Below the pieces are notes generated by a model that worked only from the letters and a program-made list of their open reading frames with translations, was not told the DNA's origin and searched no databases. The position numbers were made by a program, and so were the translations under genes. A stretch of 64,000 nucleotides of DNA from Nitrospirota bacterium (GTDB taxonomy: Bacteria > Nitrospirota > Thermodesulfovibrionia > Thermodesulfovibrionales > Dissulfurispiraceae), in assembly GCA_963790025.1 (NCBI GenBank), contig CAWBMP010000005.1:256001-320000 (forward strand). The letters run 5' to 3'. Below are positions 58,544-64,000 of the stretch, piece by piece. Numbering within the stretch: position 1 is the first letter of the stretch; each line of letters starts with the position of its first letter.

Positions 58544-59607
58544 TGTTTGTTCTCCTTTTTACATGCTTCCAGTACGAGTTGGTGGTTATCACTAAGAACA
58601 GAAAGCCATAAATTCATCCGTTCGGCATTTCTCCTGTTCCTCCAGTGATGAAAGAGGTAAGAGGCGTTTCCGAGCTGGAGCATGCCTTCGGTCGGATGAA
58701 TTTCCAATGAGAAGGAAATGTGGTCCGGACCGGGGAGTTTCATGGATTCTGCGATAACCCTTGAAAGTCCACGCGGTCCGAACATGAGGTCGAGATGCCT
58801 TGCACTCCCGTATTCAAATGGTAACATAATTTTATTCAGAAAACTGAGGTGGTCACTTACGCCAAAAGGGCTGAAGGTCGAGAGCGGGTGTGCATCATGC
58901 AGATGGTAATGCACAGGTTTGCCCAGGCTCCCGACCTCCCGGACCACGCGCAGAACTTCAGCAGGCGAAGCGGCGACCGCCTCCTGAACATCTTTTATTA
59001 CTTCCCGAAGTCCGGGATCTTGGGGCTTCAAAGCACAAACATCTCTTCCCGGGTATTTGCGTGAGTAGATGCGGCTTGCCTGCCAAAGGCCAATATGTCC
59101 TATATCGATGCAACTGCTGATGCGCTCAAGGTCACTTGCTGCCCTGAAAAGTGTTATGAAGATATCAGTCTCAAGCCCTGCAGCGTATTCGATAAAAAGA
59201 TAGGGACTCCCCTTGATATCCTGCAGACGGGATTCCATCTCCTGCAGGACAGTCAAATAATTGTCAAAGCGCGCGGCGATTTCGTTTTGATCATGAATAA
59301 TCAATCCCAGCACCCGGTTTTTGAAGTTTTTCGCAAAATCGAGGACCAGCCTTCGACCGCTTTCCTCGAAGAGGTTGATCCATCTGGGCAAATGCACGGC
59401 AGACGGTGCTTCAGGAGTCGGCTTGAACCCCAAAAGCCGCTCCAGCTCATACGGCGTTTCGGCGTAGAACTCGGGTCCCAGCCCTGCCTCTTTAAATCGC
59501 AGGGAGGCGAGCTGCAAAAGAGCGTCATCGCCGTCAATTCTTTTTTGAAAAAGCCCCAGAACAGGAGGGCAAGTGCTGGGCCCTCGACTGGACAAGATAG
59601 ATTCCAT
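58540..59607 (-). CDS. Hypothetical xylose-isomerase-like TIM-barrel protein
   Basis: Metal-ligand-like motifs FIEY, CIDIGH, HYHLHD, SLEIH. Confidence 0.6.
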   Translation of the reverse strand: MESILSSRGPSTCPPVLGLFQKRIDGDDALLQLASLRFKEAGLGPEFYAETPYELERLLGFKPTPEAPSAVHLPRWINLFEESGRRLVLDFAKNFKNRVLGLIIHDQNEIAARFDNYLTVLQEMESRLQDIKGSPYLFIEYAAGLETDIFITLFRAASDLERISSCIDIGHIGLWQASRIYSRKYPGRDVCALKPQDPGLREVIKDVQEAVAASPAEVLRVVREVGSLGKPVHYHLHDAHPLSTFSPFGVSDHLSFLNKIMLPFEYGSARHLDLMFGPRGLSRVIAESMKLPGPDHISFSLEIHPTEGMLQLGNASYLFHHWRNRRNAERMNLWLSVLSDNHQLVLEACKKENKQ

Positions 59608-62600
59608 CTCCTGAAATTACCCCCTCGATATCCTGTGGACCGCTTAACGCATTTTCCACAAACTTTCCGACTGTCCCCAAACGTCCGACTGTGAGATTTC
59701 TGAAGGACCTGTCCATCGACATCCTGATGCCTGTATAATCGATGGTTTCAGCTGTTATCCCGCCGGAAGGACCGGGCAGCAAGGCATGACTGAAACTTGC
59801 AAAGGACAGCATCCTCACCTCTCCTGTTTCTTTATAGCAGACCGCACGGTAAGGACTGCCTGGAGTCGCAGCTGAAGCCAATGTTTCGCCCAGACCGACT
59901 GCCAGCTCTATATAAATCTCTCCAGGATCACAACTTACCGGATTGCGGGTATTCATGATAAATGAAAGTTCCGGAACGAGCATCTTCTGGATGAGTACAG
60001 CCATTACCGCTCTTTCGTGCTGAATGCCGGTGTTTCTTCTGTTCATGACCGCACGTACGTTCCATAGCGAGGCCCAGACCTTGAGTATTGCAGGAGCAAC
60101 ATCCGAAGGCTGAACATTGGCAACGGAATCGTAGAGTCCGGCCCCGGACGAAACTCTCATGTCTTCACAGTTGGCACTGGAACGGACAATCAACCTATCC
60201 GGCAGCCGTTCATCCCGCGTAAATTCTTTCAAAACTCCGGAAACGATTTCAGCCGGGACCGGAAGGTGATTTATGATGTCCTGCAGTCTTGTCAAAGCAC
60301 CGGCCAGGTCGCTTTGCCTCAGCCTGTTCAAGTTGCCGACCAGTGCCTTGTACTCTCTTTCAAGAGCAGGTTTCGCAGAGAGGCATGTCTCCATCACTCC
60401 AAAGGGAATTACAATTCCCGCTGCTGTTTTAAGTCCGGCATGCTCAAGCCTCGACATTTCTTCGAGCCTGCGCGCCGAGTCAGCTTTTCCGCCCCCGTTT
60501 TCCGGAGTGACCTCTTTAAGAGGCAGTAATTTGACTGCGGAGTTCAAAATTACGTGAGGCGGTTCAATAGGATACGTATTGATGGGAGCTGCAGTAATGC
60601 CGGAAGAAATTTTCAGGCTGACACTTTCCGTAAAGGCATCCAGAGTAACCAATTGACCGGCGAGACCTGTTAACTCCGAAAAAAGCCCCCTGTCCTCGCA
60701 TGCTGCGAATACGACATGGCTTTGACGGGCACGGACGGCAAGGTGAGCAAGATGGGGGATTCCATGAGCAACTATAATACCGGCTATCCATGCCGGAATT
60801 TCCTCATCGCCTTCTGCTCTTTCCAGAAGTGCCACGAACGGTCCGTTATGGCCATCCGATAAATTCCCAAGGCCGCCGGCAGCTACCAGGCGTCCTGAGG
60901 CTTTTCCAGGCACTATTATGTCCCAGGAGGGAAGATTTGCGAGTGTCCGAATACTTTTTCGAAGAAGATCGACGAGTTTTGACACCTGAAAGACAATGTG
61001 GCCCCTGATGTCGGCCTCTCCGAAAACTTTTATTGCATGCCCGGCCACGTCAAGTGCGCGGCCCAGCCTTTCGGCTTTTTCAGGGAAGAGAGATAGAATC
61101 TTATGACAATAATCTTCCGCTAAACGCGAGTATCTGTCGAGCGTGGCTTTGAGACGGATCAATTCCTCATGTAATTCTTCACGGTCAGCGGGGATAAGCT
61201 TTTCAGACCAGCTCTTTAGTTCTGATTCTATGGCCCGGCACTCTTCAGGGTCCAAGCCGCTGAGTCGCAAATTCCGTATAGCCTGCACTAACGAGGATAA
61301 AGCCAATTTCCTGTCCTTAAGAACATCGAAATGATCGCTTAAACGGCCTGCGAGGCGGCTCAGGATGACAAAAGAAAAATCCTCCAGCCCGATGTCCGCC
61401 ATGAGAAACTTCTGCGCCTTAGTTTCGTCTTGAAGTTTCTGCATTTCGCAGAATTGGCCGCGAAGTCCTGTTAAAAGCTCCAACACGGTCAACATTTTTT
61501 GTGGAGTGTCTATCTCCTTTTTGGCCCTGAGAAATGCACTTATAGAATCTGCCGGACCGAGATCGATCTCCTTCTCTATTGCGCTGAGTCGTTCATCGAG
61601 AGTAGCGGCATTGAAAAATTCTTTGAGTTCGCTATGAAAGCGCTTGAATTCCTCAACAAAGGCAGGTGAATAATCGGCGTCAGGGGCGGTTATTTTTGTC
61701 AGCAGGCCTTTGGAAGTGGCAAGGTCTTCCGGACCGGCTGAACGGTGCAGTTTGTTCTGGAGCGTATCTTTGATCTCCTTTTTCAATTCTCCGGGAATGT
61801 CGTTTCTGTGGGCGATGTCCCTTATGCGTGTGAGGGGTTCGGCCCTGGTGAATGCGCTGTCGAAAGAAGGCAGCCACGGGTAAATTTTTCTTATGATAAA
61901 AAAGTTTTCGGGGGTTATTATGTTAGAGAGCCTCCCGTATATCTGCTGCGCCATCTTTGCGTGATGCCAAGGCCGGTGATGCCCACCTTCCTCGCCGCAA
62001 GGGACTTCACCTGTGCCGATAAAACGAAGATAGATAGCTATATAAAGGAGATGTTCGATGTTCAGATCGAAGGTATCGCAGGTCAAAACATCATAAACCC
62101 AGCCGAGCCTGTTCTGCCAACTCAGGAACCTGCGGTTTGCAGCAACGATTTCATTTACAAAATCATCAGAGGCAGGAGTAAAGGCAGAAGTGAAGGCAGA
62201 AGCAGAAGCGGAAGTAGAGGTAGAGGAAGAGTTGGAGTTGATTATTTCGATAAGTCTGGTACGTGCCTCATTGAGCAGGCCTTCCGGCTGCGGCCATTGT
62301 TCGAGGATAATACTTCCCGAAAAGTTGCGTTTGTTCATCCGCTCCATAAAACCGGTTATGCCCGCAGCGTCTTTTCCCGCAGGGCCTGTGAAAATGGGCA
62401 GGTGACTGTCACAGTCCCCGTAGTTTTCGTGCATGTGTATATGAATGACAGGTACTTCCGGATCGAGCAGATCGACAAACTTGAGATAGTCGTTACGGGT
62501 CGCATAATATAAGTTTGCATGACCGAGATCCAGGCACATTCCCACATTGCCGGTCCTTTCCAAACTGCGAAGACTCCTGAACAGTTCATTGAAATCTTGT

Positions 62601-63040
62601 GGCCCGGTATACAAAGTGTTTTCAATTGAGAGTTGGATCCCGGCCTTTGCAAGGCGTTTCCCCAGTGGAGCGATCGCGTCCGCGAAGGCGGCAACCCCTT
62701 TGTCGTTATAAAAATGAATGTTGATAAGCGTTGCACCGATGTCCTGTGCGAACCCGATAGTTTTGGAGATGAGTTTGCCGGCATCTGATATGACAGGATT
62801 TGACTGCAGTGAAGCATGCACAGAGAGTCTGATATCACCAGCGAGAGCTGTGTCCCTTATGAAAATACGTGTTTCTTTGGATATGTCGCTTTCTTCCCAG
62901 CCCGCCCCAGATTCATTTTTGTCCGGAAACCATTCAAAGGCGTCAAACCTGTTAGCCATGGCATATTCGAAAGGCAGCATCAGGGAAGGCGCATGTCGGG
63001 ATGTTTGATTACCGATACGCACCCGCGCTGTTTCAATCAT
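59534..63040 (-). CDS. Phosphoglucan,water dikinase-like protein with N-terminal TIM-barrel domain
   Basis: GGHHRP, LPSF...PLTRIRDIAHRNDIP..LK.EIK.TLQNKLHR.AGPEDL, phospho-His PHLAHLAVRARQ, VRSSANCED...GAGLYDS, QDIEG...VQSR; start at 63040 overlaps the upstream stop. Confidence 0.88.
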   Translation of the reverse strand: MIETARVRIGNQTSRHAPSLMLPFEYAMANRFDAFEWFPDKNESGAGWEESDISKETRIFIRDTALAGDIRLSVHASLQSNPVISDAGKLISKTIGFAQDIGATLINIHFYNDKGVAAFADAIAPLGKRLAKAGIQLSIENTLYTGPQDFNELFRSLRSLERTGNVGMCLDLGHANLYYATRNDYLKFVDLLDPEVPVIHIHMHENYGDCDSHLPIFTGPAGKDAAGITGFMERMNKRNFSGSIILEQWPQPEGLLNEARTRLIEIINSNSSSTSTSASASAFTSAFTPASDDFVNEIVAANRRFLSWQNRLGWVYDVLTCDTFDLNIEHLLYIAIYLRFIGTGEVPCGEEGGHHRPWHHAKMAQQIYGRLSNIITPENFFIIRKIYPWLPSFDSAFTRAEPLTRIRDIAHRNDIPGELKKEIKDTLQNKLHRSAGPEDLATSKGLLTKITAPDADYSPAFVEEFKRFHSELKEFFNAATLDERLSAIEKEIDLGPADSISAFLRAKKEIDTPQKMLTVLELLTGLRGQFCEMQKLQDETKAQKFLMADIGLEDFSFVILSRLAGRLSDHFDVLKDRKLALSSLVQAIRNLRLSGLDPEECRAIESELKSWSEKLIPADREELHEELIRLKATLDRYSRLAEDYCHKILSLFPEKAERLGRALDVAGHAIKVFGEADIRGHIVFQVSKLVDLLRKSIRTLANLPSWDIIVPGKASGRLVAAGGLGNLSDGHNGPFVALLERAEGDEEIPAWIAGIIVAHGIPHLAHLAVRARQSHVVFAACEDRGLFSELTGLAGQLVTLDAFTESVSLKISSGITAAPINTYPIEPPHVILNSAVKLLPLKEVTPENGGGKADSARRLEEMSRLEHAGLKTAAGIVIPFGVMETCLSAKPALEREYKALVGNLNRLRQSDLAGALTRLQDIINHLPVPAEIVSGVLKEFTRDERLPDRLIVRSSANCEDMRVSSGAGLYDSVANVQPSDVAPAILKVWASLWNVRAVMNRRNTGIQHERAVMAVLIQKMLVPELSFIMNTRNPVSCDPGEIYIELAVGLGETLASAATPGSPYRAVCYKETGEVRMLSFASFSHALLPGPSGGITAETIDYTGIRMSMDRSFRNLTVGRLGTVGKFVENALSGPQDIEGVISGDGIYLVQSRAQHLPSCSGAFSKKN

Positions 63041-64000
63041 TTTCAAGACCGGTCTGGGGACGTGATTGCACGACATAATATTGCCCGTTCGAGTAGGCCC
63101 CCTCGATATCCTGCGGGCCACCGAGGGCCTTTTCAACAGATGTGCCGATACCGGCAATCTTTATCAGAAACTCGTTCCGGAAATTAGCGTCCCATACAAG
63201 TGCCTCTTCTGCGTAATCCAGCGTGACTTTAACAGGCTGCGGCAGCATGAAGCTGTCGTAAAGACCCGCACCGGCGTAACCGGCAAGGTCCTCGCCATTT
63301 GAATCCGAACGGAAGATCAGGCCGCCCCCCGAGCACTCAAATAGCTTGCCGGTTGCGTGTTGAATGCCCGGTAAACAGGAATAGAGACCGACACTCTTGC
63401 CCGGCAATGACAGCAGGTGCGGCCCCTGATTCCCCTTTTTGCAGACGAAGCTCAAGGCCCTTCCGGGGTAGTTTGCAACCAGTGCCTCCCCGAGTCCCAG
63501 GACAACTTCAGCATAAACTTCGTCGTTAGCGTTAGTGAAAGGGTTCACAGTATGAATCACAAAACTATAATCAGCTTCAACTATCCTCTGGATAAGGACA
63601 GCCATCATTAGGTCCTTATGAGGGACACCGCTTGCCTTACGGCTTAAGTACGCCCTTTCATTCCACTTCGAGCCCCAAACGCGCTTGATGCAGGTCCAGG
63701 CGTCATCCTGTCCTTCCTGCCGGCTTTCCGGTCCACTTTCCGGCAATCCGAGTCCGGCATTTTCCATCACTGTGCGAAGCGAGGAACTGAATTCATCAGG
63801 GGCCTCAAGGGCCAGTATTATTTTTTTTATTTCTTCCAGTAAAGCGGTATACGACATTGCCGTTTCTTCATTTAGCCGCCGTGCCAGCTCATCATGCTGT
63901 CCAGCGAGTTCTTTATTGACGGGATCGCTGAGGACCTTGTCAAAAACCCCAAAAGGCAAGGCTGCCGAAGCAGGGAGGTGTATCCAATCCGGCAGTTTGC
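63033..64000 (-). CDS. Alpha-glucan,water dikinase (GWD/R1)-like protein, C-terminal part; N-terminus beyond the window
   Basis: ALPFGVFDKVLSD, AWTCIKRVWGSKWNERAY, ADYSFVIHT.NP, YPGRALSF.CKK, IFRSDSNGEDLAGYAGAGLYDS. Confidence 0.88.
   Translation of the reverse strand, partial: KLPDWIHLPASAALPFGVFDKVLSDPVNKELAGQHDELARRLNEETAMSYTALLEEIKKIILALEAPDEFSSSLRTVMENAGLGLPESGPESRQEGQDDAWTCIKRVWGSKWNERAYLSRKASGVPHKDLMMAVLIQRIVEADYSFVIHTVNPFTNANDEVYAEVVLGLGEALVANYPGRALSFVCKKGNQGPHLLSLPGKSVGLYSCLPGIQHATGKLFECSGGGLIFRSDSNGEDLAGYAGAGLYDSFMLPQPVKVTLDYAEEALVWDANFRNEFLIKIAGIGTSVEKALGGPQDIEGAYSNGQYYVVQSRPQTGLEND

Noticed and set aside
63041..63157. Longer start for the PWD-like gene
   Set aside because: It would overlap the GWD-like gene by more than 120 nt; the ATG at 63040 gives a typical coupled overlap.
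1..64000. CRISPR array, rRNA, prophage or integrase genes
   Set aside because: No regularly spaced repeat-spacer units, rRNA-like sequence, or phage/integrase ORFs were seen.

Overview
Gene-dense 64-kb bacterial chromosomal segment. Gene content suggests an anaerobic diderm such as Nitrospirota (Thermodesulfovibrionia-like) or Desulfobacterota; this is inference only. Ordinary content: P3A H+-ATPase, two DegP proteases, kup, copA, rnj-ftsK-lolA, pdxA, tsaB-rimI, frameshifted zur with znuACB, tRNA-Val and tRNA-Asp, chrA, arfB, pgi-glgP. Standout observations: (1) at the right end, an apparent operon encodes BOTH a plant-type glucan,water dikinase (GWD/R1-like, cut by the window edge) and a phosphoglucan,water dikinase (PWD-like, with an N-terminal TIM barrel in place of a CBM), followed by an orphan TIM-barrel protein and a GH13 enzyme, converging on glgP. 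This is a candidate bacterial glucan-phosphorylation pathway. (2) Three paralogous membrane proteins fuse a GspE/MshE-N-like domain to 3, 3 and 2 Arg-heptad DUF202 (Vtc1-like) repeats, upstream of a kinase, a receiver and a PEP-synthase-like dikinase; candidate pseudo-pentameric polyanion channel. (3) A Tat-exported protein is interrupted by one in-frame UGA followed by a SECIS-like hairpin. (4) A LexA/UmuD-hybrid plus DinB cassette has a perfect promoter containing a GAAC-N4-GTTC box. (5) Inverted microsatellite arrays have been recruited into coding sequence, including the LolA signal peptide. Also present: an IS1/IS1595-like MITE family, a TIR-flanked HUH transposase and a complete sigma-54 promoter architecture. 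All family calls come from motif recognition by eye; no searches were run.
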